NCBI RefSeq assembly: GCF_965228755.1
Contig: NZ_CBDDIG010000003.1
Coordinates: forward strand, 36,507 to 100,506
DNA length: 64,000 bases
DNA from: Roseovarius sp.
Lineage (GTDB): Bacteria; Pseudomonadota; Alphaproteobacteria; Rhodobacterales; Rhodobacteraceae
Direction: 5' to 3'
Under the pieces are notes generated by a model. The model made no database searches and was not told the DNA's origin. It saw only the letters and a program-made list of their open reading frames with translations. Both the position numbers and the translations under genes were made by a program. Within the stretch, counting starts at the first letter, position 1; each line of letters begins with the position of its first letter. Shown piece after piece: positions 44,473 to 54,810 of this stretch.

Positions 44473-45543
44473 TCAGCCCGCCTTGCGGGCCAGCCCGCCC
44501 CGCCGCGCGCGCACGGCGTCGGCCAAGCCGTGCAGCGCGGTTTCCGTCTTCTCCCAGCCAAGGCAGCCATCGGTGATCGACTGGCCGTAGACCAGCGGCC
44601 CCTGCCCCACCTTCTGGGCGCCCGCGACAAGGTGGCTTTCCACCATCACGCCGGTGATCCGGCGGTCGCCCGCCGCCACCTGCGCGCCGATCTCGTCCAG
44701 CACCTCCGGCTGTTTCTCGGGGTCCTTGCCGCTGTTGGCGTGGCTCGCGTCGATCATCACCTGCGGCCGCAAACCGTCATTCACCATTTTCGCGCAAGCC
44801 GCCTCGACCGAGGCCGCATCGTAATTCGTGCCGCCCCCGCCGCGCAGGATGACGTGGCAGTCGGCATTCCCGCCGGTGCCGACGATGGCCGCCTGCCCCT
44901 CCTCCGTCAGCCCCATGAAATGATGTGGCTGCGCGGCCGAGCGCACGGCGTCGATGGCGATCTGCACGTTGCCGCGGGTGCCATTCTTGAACCCCACCGG
45001 GCAGGACAGGCCCGACGCCATCTCGCGGTGGATCTGGCTTTCCGTCGTCCGCGCCCCGATGGCGCCCCAGGCCACGAAGTCGGCAATGTATTGCGGCACC
45101 GTGGTATCGAGGAACTCCGTCCCCACCGGCAAGCCCATCTCGGCCAGTTGCAGCAGAAGCGTGCGCGCCGTCTCGATCCCCTCGTTGATGCGGAAAGAGC
45201 CGTCGATGCCCGGATCGTTGATCAGCCCCTTCCAGCCGCCGATGGTGCGGGGCTTCTCGAAATAGGCCCGCATGACAAGCTCCACCGCGTCCGACAGCTC
45301 GTCCCGCAGGGTACGCAGGCGGCCGGCATACTCCACCGCCGCCACCGGATCGTGGATCGAGCAGGGCCCGACCACCGCGACGATCCGGTCGTCGCGCCCG
45401 TCGAGAATGGCGCGGATCGCGGCGCGGCCCTCCTGCACCGTCTGTGCGGCCGGGTCACTCACGGGATGCCGCGCGCGCACCGTCGCGGGGGAGAGGAGTT
45501 CGTGCATCTTCGTGATGCGGAGGTTCTGTGTCGTCGTCGCCAT
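44473..45543 (-). CDS. aroG: 3-deoxy-7-phosphoheptulonate (DAHP) synthase, type I alpha (AroG/F/H-like)
   Basis: GPCSIHD, RAYFEKPRT, GWKGLINDP, AIGARTTESQIHR, GFKNGT, DASHANS; paralog identity (G/F/H) not resolvable. Confidence 0.9.
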   Translation of the reverse strand: MATTTQNLRITKMHELLSPATVRARHPVSDPAAQTVQEGRAAIRAILDGRDDRIVAVVGPCSIHDPVAAVEYAGRLRTLRDELSDAVELVMRAYFEKPRTIGGWKGLINDPGIDGSFRINEGIETARTLLLQLAEMGLPVGTEFLDTTVPQYIADFVAWGAIGARTTESQIHREMASGLSCPVGFKNGTRGNVQIAIDAVRSAAQPHHFMGLTEEGQAAIVGTGGNADCHVILRGGGGTNYDAASVEAACAKMVNDGLRPQVMIDASHANSGKDPEKQPEVLDEIGAQVAAGDRRITGVMVESHLVAGAQKVGQGPLVYGQSITDGCLGWEKTETALHGLADAVRARRGGLARKAG

Positions 45544-45581
45544 GGGATCTGTCCTTCGGGCTGGCCCCCGGCGGTGACATG

Positions 45582-45605
45582 AAAAAACCGCCGGTGAGGG
45601 CGGTT
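45582..45605 (-). terminator. attenuator terminator in the DAHP synthase leader
   Basis: Minus strand AACCGCC-ctcacc-GGCGGTT-TTTT, about 40 nt before the ATG. Confidence 0.8.
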
Positions 45606-45634
45606 CGGTTTGGTGTGTCACTGTCAACGTTTTG

Positions 45635-45712
45635 TCAGAACGCGCAGACCCTTCCCGCCGCCATATGGCTCGGAGCATAAAAATACCAGAATGCGGCAAA
45701 GGTGCGTGTCAT
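45635..45712 (-). CDS. aromatic-amino-acid leader peptide MTRTFAAFWYFYAPSHMAAGRVCAF
   Basis: 25 codons with consecutive TTC TGG TAT TTT TAT; starts at the predicted transcription start; followed by a terminator. Confidence 0.78.
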   Translation of the reverse strand: MTRTFAAFWYFYAPSHMAAGRVCAF

Positions 45713-45719
45713 GGGGGGC

Positions 45720-45748
45720 ACGCTAGCGGGGCTTGCCGGGCATGTCAC
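45720..45748 (-). promoter_or_regulatory. promoter of the leaderless leader-peptide transcript
   Basis: GTGACA-N17-TAGCGT, 7 nt before the leader ATG. Confidence 0.6.
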
Positions 45749-45849
45749 GTGAAAAATGCGGGCGTGGGCGCCCGTGGCCGGCACCCTGGGGGCCAGCCCC
45801 CCGGACCCCCCGGGATATTTCCGGCCAGAAGAAACGTGGGGCGGGATAG

Positions 45850-45880
45850 AAAAACCCCCGCCAGCGGAACCGGCGGGGGT
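45850..45880 (-). terminator. intrinsic terminator after rplQ
   Basis: ACCCCCGCC-N9-GGCGGGGGT-TTTT on the minus strand. Confidence 0.8.
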
Positions 45881-45906
45881 GGAAACAAGCCCGGAAGGGC
45901 GGTTTC

Positions 45907-46326
45907 TTATTCTTCGTCGGCATCCTCGAGCGCGACGCGCTCCTTGTCGGCCTTGCCCTTGGCGTCGAGGTCGCGGTCGACCAGTTCGATGATCGCCATC
46001 GGCGCCATGTCACCATAGCGGAAGCCGGCCTTCAGGACGCGGGCATAGCCGCCCGAGCGTTCCTTGTAGCGCGGGCCCAGCACGTCGAAGAGCTTGGCGA
46101 CGTGGATGTCTTGCTTGAGCTGGGCGGCGGCCTGGCGGCGCGCATGCACGTCGCCGCGCTTGCCCAGCGTGATGAGCTTGTCGATCACCCGCTTGAGCTC
46201 TTTCGCCTTGGGCAGGGTGGTCTTGATCTGTTCGTGTTCGATGAGCGAGCCGGCCATGTTCGCCCACAGCGCCTTGCGGTGCTCGTGGGTGCGGTTCAGG
46301 CGGCGGTAGCCTCGTGCGTGACGCAT
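45907..46326 (-). CDS. rplQ: 50S ribosomal protein L17
   Basis: [24 protein letters not shown]. Confidence 0.98.
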   Translation of the reverse strand: MRHARGYRRLNRTHEHRKALWANMAGSLIEHEQIKTTLPKAKELKRVIDKLITLGKRGDVHARRQAAAQLKQDIHVAKLFDVLGPRYKERSGGYARVLKAGFRYGDMAPMAIIELVDRDLDAKGKADKERVALEDADEE

Positions 46327-46422
46327 GTTTCTTACTCCTATTTGCCCTCTACGGGCGGTTTTGCTTTGTCCGGCCGGCGATGCGTGTCACCGGCTCTCCT
46401 TGGGGCTCGACGCCCATTGTGC

Positions 46423-46474
46423 GGCGGGTTGCCCCCCACCCTACGATCTCCCGTAGGGTGGGTGAAACCCACCA
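46423..46474. repeat. inverted doublet of GTAG-type REP (family A)
   Basis: ggcgggttgccccccaccctacg-atctcc-cgtagggtgggtgaaacccacca, 4 nt past the rpoA stop. Confidence 0.85.
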
Positions 46475-46478
46475 ATGC

Positions 46479-47495
46479 TTAGAACTGATCCTCGAATTTC
46501 TTCGCCAGATCCTCGATGTTGTCCGGCGGCCAGTCCTCGACATCCATGCCGAGGTGCAGGCCCATGCCCGAAAGCACTTCCTTGATCTCGTTCAGCGACT
46601 TGCGGCCGAAGTTCGGGGTGCGCAGCATCTCGGCTTCGGTCTTCTGGATCAGGTCGCCGATATAGACGATATTGTCGTTCTTCAGGCAGTTCGCGGACCG
46701 CACTGAAAGCTCGAGCTCGTCGACCTTCTTGAGAAGCAGCGGGTTGAACTCCAGCCCGTCATCCTCGTCCTGGCGGCCGGCGGATTCGGGTTCCTCGAAG
46801 TTGACGAAGATCGAAAGCTGGTCCTGCAGGATGCGGGCGGCATAGGCCACCGCGTCGTCCGGCGTGACCGACCCGTCGGTGTCGACCTTCATGGTCAGCT
46901 TGTCATAGTCCAGCACCTGGCCCTCGCGGGTGGGCTGCACGTCATAGCTGACCTTGACGACCGGCGAATAGATCGCGTCGACCGGAATGAGGCCGATCGG
47001 CGCGTCTTCCGGCTTGTTCTTGTCGGCGGCGACATAGCCCTTGCCCTGGTTCACGGTCAGTTCCATGAACAGGTCGGCGCCCTCGTCGAGGTGACAGATC
47101 ACGTGATCCTTGTTCAGGATCTCGATGCCCGCGCTGTCGGAAATGTCGCCGGCGGTGACGACGCCCGGCCCCTTGGCCGAGATCGACAGGCGCTTGGGCC
47201 CTTCCACTTCCATGCGCAGGGCTACGCCCTTGAGGTTCAGGACGATATCTGTCACGTCTTCGCGCACACCGGCCACCGACGAGAATTCGTGCAGCACGTT
47301 GTCGATCTGCACCGAGGTGATCGCGGCGCCCTGAAGCGACGACAGCAGCACGCGGCGCAGCGCGTTGCCGAGGGTCAGACCGAAGCCGCGCTCGAGCGGT
47401 TCGGCCACGACGGTGGCCTGGCGCAGCGGGTCGTTGCCCGGCTTCACGTCCAGCTGCGTCGGCTTGATCAGTTCTGCCCAGTTCTTGTGGATCAT
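46479..47495 (-). CDS. rpoA: RNA polymerase alpha subunit
   Basis: [44 protein letters not shown]. Confidence 0.99.
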   Translation of the reverse strand: MIHKNWAELIKPTQLDVKPGNDPLRQATVVAEPLERGFGLTLGNALRRVLLSSLQGAAITSVQIDNVLHEFSSVAGVREDVTDIVLNLKGVALRMEVEGPKRLSISAKGPGVVTAGDISDSAGIEILNKDHVICHLDEGADLFMELTVNQGKGYVAADKNKPEDAPIGLIPVDAIYSPVVKVSYDVQPTREGQVLDYDKLTMKVDTDGSVTPDDAVAYAARILQDQLSIFVNFEEPESAGRQDEDDGLEFNPLLLKKVDELELSVRSANCLKNDNIVYIGDLIQKTEAEMLRTPNFGRKSLNEIKEVLSGMGLHLGMDVEDWPPDNIEDLAKKFEDQF

Positions 47496-47610
47496 GCGGT
47501 CCCTCCATTCCTGTTCTCGGCCCCATGTCCGAAGGCCAAGAACGCCCGAGGTTTAAAATGACGGAATGGGGCCGTGAACGAACACGCGGCCCCACCGATA
47601 GTCGGTAAGA

Positions 47611-48012
47611 TCAGACCCGGCGACGCTTCGGCGGGCGGCAGCCGTTATGGGCGATCGGGGTCACGTCACGGATCGACGTGATGTTGAAACCGATCGCGGC
47701 CAGGGCGCGAAGGGCGCTTTCGCGGCCCGAACCGGGGCCCTGCACTTCGACCTCGAGGGTCTTCATGCCGTGCTCCTGCGCCTTGCGGCCTGCATCCTCG
47801 GCTGCCATCTGGGCGGCGTAGGGGGTCGACTTGCGCGAACCCTTGAAGCCCATTGTGCCGGCCGAAGACCATGCGATCGCGTTGCCCTGCACGTCCGAGA
47901 TTAGGATCTTGGTGTTGTTGAAAGAGCTGTTCACATGCGCCACGCCCGTGGCGATGTTCTTCGAGACCTTGCGTTTGCCGCGCTGTGCGCCGCGGCGGGT
48001 ATCACGTGCCAT
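47611..48012 (-). CDS. rpsK: 30S ribosomal protein S11
   Basis: [32 protein letters not shown]. Confidence 0.99.
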   Translation of the reverse strand: MARDTRRGAQRGKRKVSKNIATGVAHVNSSFNNTKILISDVQGNAIAWSSAGTMGFKGSRKSTPYAAQMAAEDAGRKAQEHGMKTLEVEVQGPGSGRESALRALAAIGFNITSIRDVTPIAHNGCRPPKRRRV

Positions 48013-48027
48013 ATCTGCTGCCCTCCC

Positions 48028-48396
48028 TTACTTCTTCTTGCCGGCGATGGGTTTCGCCGGGCCCTTGCGGGTGCGGGCGTTGGTGTGGGTACGCTGGCCG
48101 CGAACCGGCAGGTTCCGGCGGTGGCGCAGGCCACGGTAGCAGCCGAGATCCATGAGCCGCTTGATGTTCATCTGAACATCGCGGCGCAGGTCGCCCTCGA
48201 CGGTGTAGTTGGCGTCGATATGCTCGCGCACGGCAAGCACTTCGGCGTCGCTCAACTCGTTCACCCGGCGGGTGACGTCGATGTTGACGGCTTCGCAGAT
48301 GGCCTTGGCCGAGGAGTGGCCGATACCAGTGATATATGTCAGGGCGATCGGGACCCGTTTGTGGGTCGGGATGTTAACGCCGGCGATACGTGCCAA
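48028..48396 (-). CDS. rpsM: 30S ribosomal protein S13 (TTG start)
   Basis: [30 protein letters not shown]. Confidence 0.98.
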   Translation of the reverse strand: MARIAGVNIPTHKRVPIALTYITGIGHSSAKAICEAVNIDVTRRVNELSDAEVLAVREHIDANYTVEGDLRRDVQMNIKRLMDLGCYRGLRHRRNLPVRGQRTHTNARTRKGPAKPIAGKKK

Positions 48397-48552
48397 GTGT
48401 CGTGTCCTCTTGTGTTGCGGTTCCGTAGTGCCAGAACCTTTTTTCACAACGTAGGCCCGAGACGGTTCCGTCCGGGCCGCAGCTGATGCAGGTGGTCGAT
48501 TCGGCCCCGGGTGCGACCCGGAAAAGAATCATTTTCTCTCATGAGATGGTGG

Positions 48553-48581
48553 TGCTTAGGAGCAAATGCCAAAGGCGTCAA
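48553..48581 (-). promoter_or_regulatory. rpsM (alpha operon) promoter
   Basis: TTGACG-N17-TAAGCA. Confidence 0.7.
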
Positions 48582-48598
48582 GCCCCCCGCGGGGCCTG

Positions 48599-48958
48599 TC
48601 AGTCACTGCACAGGAAATAAGCCCGCGCACTGCCCGTTTCGTCCTCGTAGACATATAGCAGGCCCGGCTCCGATTGAAAGGTCCGCAGCACGAAAACCTT
48701 GGGGTAAAGCGCGCCGGGCTCCTCGCAGTAGCCGGGGCGGATATGGGTGGCGTCCCGGGTCCAGTCGGGGCGCGGGATGGGCTCCGACAGTTCGCAGGAA
48801 TACTCGATCTCGGAAAACCACTTGCCGTCAAAGCTCATGCCGCGCTCGTGCCGCTCGATCATCTCCAGCCCGCACAGCGCCCGGTCGGTGACGAAATCCA
48901 TCTCCGCCCGAAGCGGCGTGGCCAGAAGGGCAAGCCCCGCGATGCAAATGACCTTCAT
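48599..48958 (-). CDS. hypothetical secreted protein with four Cys in the mature part
   Basis: Signal peptide ending LRA; GGAGG SD 7 nt before the ATG. Confidence 0.7.
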   Translation of the reverse strand: MKVICIAGLALLATPLRAEMDFVTDRALCGLEMIERHERGMSFDGKWFSEIEYSCELSEPIPRPDWTRDATHIRPGYCEEPGALYPKVFVLRTFQSEPGLLYVYEDETGSARAYFLCSD

Positions 48959-48959
48959 G

Positions 48960-48992
48960 AAAAAACCTCCGACCCGTGGGACCGGAGGTTAG
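48960..48992 (-). terminator. terminator after adk; its 3' arm is the SD of the next gene
   Basis: AACCTCCG-N11-CGGAGGTT-TTTTC-ATG on the minus strand. Confidence 0.7.
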
Positions 48993-49030
48993 ACGCTTTC
49001 CGTGAAAGCGCCAAGCGTGGGGCGCGGGCC

Positions 49031-49602
49031 TCAGCCCAGCTTGCCGTCGATCTCCCCCGACACCTCGTCGATGGCGCCCAGCCCGTCGACCGAGGTCAGC
49101 TGGCCCTTGGCATAGTAATAGCCGATGAGCGGCGAGGTCTTCTTGTAATATTCCATCAGCCGCTGCTTGAGGCTTTCCTCGTTGTCGTCGGCCCGCACCG
49201 GCTGGCCGGCGGCCGCGGCCTCCTCGGCGCGCCCGACGATGCGGCGCACCAGAACCTCGTCATCCACCTGAAGCTCGATCACGGCATCCAGCGTCTGTCC
49301 GGTCTCTTCCAGCAGATCGGCCAGTGCATCGGCCTGGGCCAGCGTGCGCGGGAAGCCGTCGAAGATGAACCCGCCGCCATTCTCGCCCTGGATCTTCTCC
49401 CGGATCAGCCCGATCACGATCTCGTCGGTCACCAGGTCACCGCGCGCCATCACCTCGGCCACGACCTTGCCCATCTCGGTGCCGCTGTCCTTGGCCTCGC
49501 GCAGCATGTCGCCGGTCGAAAGCTGGATCATGCCCCGCTTCTCGACAAGGATCTGCGCCTGTGTGCCTTTGCCCGCGCCGGGCGGTCCAAGAAGAATGAT
49601 AT

Positions 49603-49606
<4 letters not shown>
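49031..49606 (-). CDS. adk: adenylate kinase (short-LID form)
   Basis: [29 protein letters not shown]; no Cys/Zn lid. Confidence 0.97.
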
Positions 49607-50973
<1,367 letters not shown>

Positions 50974-51088
50974 GCGCGGGTCTCTTTTTCTTTATAAACG
51001 AACGCCGCCAGAGCCGTTTTCCGGCAAAGGCGGCGTCCTAAGGAAAACTAGGGGCTATGTAAGCGGCGCGAAGGCCGCTCACAACCTC

Positions 51089-51562
51089 TTATTCGGCCGC
51101 CTGCGCGGTTGTGACATTCAGAGAGCCACCCGCCTTCTCGACCGCCTCGACGGCCGATTTCGACGCGCCGGTGACTTCCAGCGTCAGCTTGCCGCTGATC
51201 TCGCCCTTGGCGAGCACCCGGATGCCGTCGAGCTTGCGGCGCACGAGGCCGCTTTCGACCAGCACGTCCTCGGTGATCGGCTTGCCGGCGTCGATCTTCT
51301 TGGCGTCGACGAATTTCTGGATCAGGCCGAGGTTGACCACGGCGTATTTCTTGCGGTTCGGCTTGTTGAAGCCACGCTTGGGCAGACGCTGGTAGAGCGG
51401 CATCTGGCCGCCTTCATAGCCCTTGATGGCCACGCCCGAACGGGATTTCTGGCCCTTGATACCACGGCCGGCGGTCTTGCCCATGCCCGAGCCCGGGCCA
51501 CGGCCGACACGTTTGCGGGGTTTGGTCGCGCCCGCGTTGTCGCGCAGTTCGTTCAGTTTCAT
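51089..51562 (-). CDS. rplO: 50S ribosomal protein L15
   Basis: [33 protein letters not shown]. Confidence 0.98.
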   Translation of the reverse strand: MKLNELRDNAGATKPRKRVGRGPGSGMGKTAGRGIKGQKSRSGVAIKGYEGGQMPLYQRLPKRGFNKPNRKKYAVVNLGLIQKFVDAKKIDAGKPITEDVLVESGLVRRKLDGIRVLAKGEISGKLTLEVTGASKSAVEAVEKAGGSLNVTTAQAAE

Positions 51563-51659
51563 ATCGCTTCTCCTGAGCCGGATGTGCCCCCCGAAGCGGG
51601 TGAGGACAACCTCGGCATGTCTTGGTTTTCGAGTCGGGCCCATCCCGGGCCACCGGGCG

Positions 51660-51688
51660 CGTATAGACGGGTTGCGCGGGCGGATCAA
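51660..51688 (-). promoter_or_regulatory. rplO-secY-adk promoter
   Basis: TTGATC-N17-TATACG. Confidence 0.7.
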
Positions 51689-51831
51689 GGGGCCTGTGCG
51701 GGGGCGGAGGTCGCGGGGCGGACCCGCGGCGCAACGGCCCCGGTGACGCCCGCCGCGCGCCCCCAGCCGAAACCGCCACCCCCCAACCAAACCCGATTGA
51801 TTTCTCGCCCCCCGCGTTATCTCCTTCTCCC

Positions 51832-52548
51832 ATGACCCTCCGCGCCGCCCTCCTCGCCTCGGCCCTCGCCCTCGCGTCCAGCCCCGCCGCCCCGAGCTGC
51901 GCCACCGATGCCATGCTGGTCTTCGACGGCTCCGCCTCCATGGCCGAGATCGGCGCCGACATCAGCCAGCCCACCCGCATCGCCGAGGCCCGCACGGCCA
52001 TGCACCGCGCCATGCCCCAGATCGCCCCCTTCCGCCGCGTGGGCCTCCTCGTCTACGGCCCCGGCGGCGACCGAAGCTGCACCGGCATCGACCTCCGCTT
52101 CGCCCCCATCCCCGACGCGGCCGACGCGATAACCGGCGCCATCGACACCCTCGCCCCACAGGGCCTCACCCCGCTCGCCGCCTCCGTCCTCGCGGCCGCG
52201 GAAACGCTGGACTACCGCAGCACCCCCGGCATCGTCGTGCTGGTCACCGACGGCAACGAAACCTGCGGCGGCCGCCCCTGCGCCCTCGGCGCGACATTGG
52301 CCGCGGAAGGGTACGACCTCACCGTCCACGTCATCGGTTTCCGCGTGGTCTACGACCCGTTCAGCTGGAACAGCCCCGAGGCCGAGGGCTATGACGGCAC
52401 GACCGTCGCCAAGTGCCTCGCCGACCGGACGGGCGGCATGTACGTCTCGACCGAAACCGTCGACGAACTGGCCGCGGCCCTGCGCGAGACGCTGGGCTGT
52501 GCATTGATCGGGCGGGCCCCTGCCCGTCCCGCGACTTCGGCCGGCTAG
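51832..52548 (+). CDS. secreted von Willebrand factor A domain protein
   Basis: Signal peptide; [25 protein letters not shown]. Confidence 0.88.
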   Translation: MTLRAALLASALALASSPAAPSCATDAMLVFDGSASMAEIGADISQPTRIAEARTAMHRAMPQIAPFRRVGLLVYGPGGDRSCTGIDLRFAPIPDAADAITGAIDTLAPQGLTPLAASVLAAAETLDYRSTPGIVVLVTDGNETCGGRPCALGATLAAEGYDLTVHVIGFRVVYDPFSWNSPEAEGYDGTTVAKCLADRTGGMYVSTETVDELAAALRETLGCALIGRAPARPATSAG

Positions 52549-52600
52549 ACGAACCTGCCCCTCCCCGAATTCGATATTTTTTACCCCGAAAGGCAAAAAG

Positions 52601-52616
52601 TTAGTAAACTGTTAAC
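52601..52616 (+). promoter_or_regulatory. possible CtrA site upstream of the Cys/His peptide gene
   Basis: TTAG-taaactg-TTAAC in an AT-rich patch. Confidence 0.4.
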
Positions 52617-52639
52617 GCATCATGTGGGGGGAGATTAAC

Positions 52640-52825
52640 ATGAAGCGGTTCATCACAGCGGCGATCATCAGCATCCTGGCCTCGTCCAGCCCGGTTTTCG
52701 CAGTCAACCAGGGCGCGCCGCAGGGCTTACTGGCAGACGATGTCTGGCACAGCGGCGGATGCCGCAAGAGTTCGCCTCCGGGAAAATGCTGCCACGCCGG
52801 GTCGAAACCCTACCATTGCCACTGA
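52640..52825 (+). CDS. small secreted Cys/His-rich peptide (61 aa)
   Basis: MKRFITAAIISILASSSPVFA signal; C-terminus HSGGCRKSSPPGKCCHAGSKPYHCH; GGGGAG SD. Confidence 0.75.
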   Translation: MKRFITAAIISILASSSPVFAVNQGAPQGLLADDVWHSGGCRKSSPPGKCCHAGSKPYHCH

Positions 52826-52864
52826 TCCACGGCGCTTAGGACATCGCGTCCGACAGGGGCCGCC

Positions 52865-52886
52865 CGTAGGATGGGTGAAATCCACC
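52865..52886 (+). repeat. GTAG-type REP (family A)
   Basis: CGTAGGATGGGTGAAATCCACC, 4 nt past the MarC stop. Confidence 0.75.
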
Positions 52887-52890
52887 TCTC

Positions 52891-53535
52891 CTACCCCGCC
52901 CCCACAAGGCTCAGCACGCCCACCACTTCCAGCCCGCTCAGCACCGCGTCCACCGCCACCGTCGCCAGGATCATCCCCATCACCCGGCTGATCACGTTCG
53001 CCCCGGTGTTGCCGATCACCCGTTTCAACCGGCTCGCCAACAGCAGAAGCAGCAGCGTGATCAGCAGCACCACCACCAGGAGTCCCGCCGTAACCGACTG
53101 ATCCGGAATGGAATTCCGGTTGTTGTCGGTCAGGATGACGATCGCCAGCATCGCCCCCGGCGAGGCGATCGAGGGCATCGCCAGCGGGAACACCGCGCCG
53201 CTCATGTGGTCCTTCTCCGCCGCCTCGATCTCGCGCTCGGCCTTGGCCTCGCCAAAGATCATCTGCAGCGCGAAAACGAACAGGATCAGCCCGCCCGCGA
53301 TCTGGAACGACCCCAGTCGCAGCCCGATCGCCTCGAGCACCACCTGCCCCAGCACGAGGAACGCCATCAGCACGATCGCGGCCACGAGAACACCCCGCAC
53401 GGCCAGCCGCCAGTGCAGCTTCTCCGGCACGCCCGCGACGGCGAAATAGAAGACCGGCAGCGTGCCGATCGGGTCGATCACGACGAAAAGCGTGATGAAC
53501 TCGCGGATCAGGGTTTCAAGGTCGATGGCGGGCAC
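52891..53535 (-). CDS. MarC family integral membrane protein
   Basis: LFVVIDPIG, FQIAGGLILF, VFPLAMPSIASPG, SRVMGMIL. Confidence 0.92.
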   Translation of the reverse strand: MPAIDLETLIREFITLFVVIDPIGTLPVFYFAVAGVPEKLHWRLAVRGVLVAAIVLMAFLVLGQVVLEAIGLRLGSFQIAGGLILFVFALQMIFGEAKAEREIEAAEKDHMSGAVFPLAMPSIASPGAMLAIVILTDNNRNSIPDQSVTAGLLVVVLLITLLLLLLASRLKRVIGNTGANVISRVMGMILATVAVDAVLSGLEVVGVLSLVGAG

Positions 53536-53615
53536 GGGGGCGGGTCTCCGGGGGATCTGTTTCTCTTTTGGCAGACCGCTCGCGCCGGGGCAACGGGAGG
53601 AATGCCGCAGGCCCC

Positions 53616-53680
53616 CGTCGCGGCCCCCGAGCCGGGACCTCGCGCGGCCAGGGGCCCCGGGTCAAGCCCGGGGCGCGACA
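53616..53680. repeat. CGTC-type palindromic repeat (family B), copy 1
   Basis: cgtc...ccccgagccgggacct...ggccccgggtcaagcccggggcgcgaca. Confidence 0.75.
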
Positions 53681-53687
53681 CCGCTGC

Positions 53688-53798
53688 CGCCGGGCGAGCG
53701 CCGGCCCGTGGGTAGGCGCTGCAACGGCACCGGCCCGCACTTTATGGTGCCAAGAACAAAGCGCCTGCCCGTGGGGACGGGCCGGCGCTCGCCCGGCG
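53688..53798. repeat. long nested inverted repeat (rod-like hairpin)
   Basis: 22-bp perfect arms (53688-53709 / 53777-53798), 11-bp inner arms, GGCACC/GGTGCC innermost. Confidence 0.8.
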
Positions 53799-53842
53799 CC
53801 TTCGGCGCTATTCGGGCTGCCTCTGCCCCACAACCACAAACG

Positions 53843-53873
53843 AAAAACGCCCCGGCCATCTCTGACCGGGGCG
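53843..53873 (-). terminator. terminator after rpmD
   Basis: CGCCCCGG-N10-CCGGGGCG-TTTTT on the minus strand. Confidence 0.8.
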
Positions 53874-53879
53874 CCTATC

Positions 53880-53903
53880 CGTAGGGTGGGTACTAACCCA
53901 CCA
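53880..53903 (+). repeat. GTAG-type REP (family A)
   Basis: CGTAGGGTGGGTACTAACCCACCA, 9 nt past the rpmD stop. Confidence 0.8.
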
Positions 53904-53912
53904 AACCTTAAC

Positions 53913-54101
53913 TCAACCGCGCTCTTCGACGATTTCCACCAGGTGCGGGATCTTGTTGATCATGCCGCGCACCGAGGGGGTGTCTTCCAGCTCACGGGTC
54001 TTGTGCATCTTGTTCAGCCCCAGGCCAACGAGCGTGGCGCGCTGTTCCTTGGGGCGGCGGATGGGCGAGCCCACCTGCTTGACGACGATGGTTTTGGCCA
54101 T
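53913..54101 (-). CDS. rpmD: 50S ribosomal protein L30
   Basis: [31 protein letters not shown]. Confidence 0.97.
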   Translation of the reverse strand: MAKTIVVKQVGSPIRRPKEQRATLVGLGLNKMHKTRELEDTPSVRGMINKIPHLVEIVEERG

Positions 54102-54113
54102 GTCCCTGTCTCC

Positions 54114-54692
54114 TTACGCTTCCGCGGCCGTGTCGGCCGGGTGTTCGCCCTTCGGACCTTCATCCCGTTTCAGGATGTCGGCGACCTTCTTGCCGCGGCG
54201 CTGTGCCACGTGACGCGGGCTTGCCTGGAACTGCAGCGCGTCCAGCGTGGCACGGATCATGTTGTAGGGGTTCTGCGTGCCGACCGACTTGGCCACTACG
54301 TCCTGAACGCCCAGCATCTCGAACACGGCGCGCATCGGACCACCGGCGATGATACCGGTACCTTGCGGCGCGGTGCGCATGATCACCTTGCCGGCGCCGT
54401 GACGGCCGTAACCGTCATGGTGCAGCGTGCGGCCTTCGCGCAGCGGCACGCGGATCATGCCGCGCTTGGCCTGCTCGGTGGCCTTGCGGATCGCCTCGGG
54501 CACCTCTTTGGCCTTGCCCTTGCCGAAGCCCACGCGGCCCTTCTGGTCGCCCACGACGACGAGAGCTGCAAACCCGAAGCGCTTGCCGCCCTTCACGGTT
54601 TTCGAAACACGGTTGATCGCGACAAGGCGATCGGCGAATTCCGGCGCTTCGTCGCGATCGCGACCTCCGCGGCGGTTGTCATCTCTTGCCAT
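54114..54692 (-). CDS. rpsE: 30S ribosomal protein S5
   Basis: [32 protein letters not shown]. Confidence 0.99.
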   Translation of the reverse strand: MARDDNRRGGRDRDEAPEFADRLVAINRVSKTVKGGKRFGFAALVVVGDQKGRVGFGKGKAKEVPEAIRKATEQAKRGMIRVPLREGRTLHHDGYGRHGAGKVIMRTAPQGTGIIAGGPMRAVFEMLGVQDVVAKSVGTQNPYNMIRATLDALQFQASPRHVAQRRGKKVADILKRDEGPKGEHPADTAAEA

Positions 54693-54810
54693 CTGGCATC
54701 CTTTCCTGGCGCCCTCGCGGGCCTAGAATTTGTCCAATCCAGGTGTCGGAAGGCCTCGTGCCCCCGACCCGGATCATCGAGGCGCCCCGGTAGACCGGGG
54801 CACCTGCGCC

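Noticed and set aside
45544-45699. 52-aa N-terminal extension of DAHP synthase from the ORF track
   Set aside because: It runs through the attenuator terminator; ATG 45543 has an SD-like AAGGA and gives the normal family length
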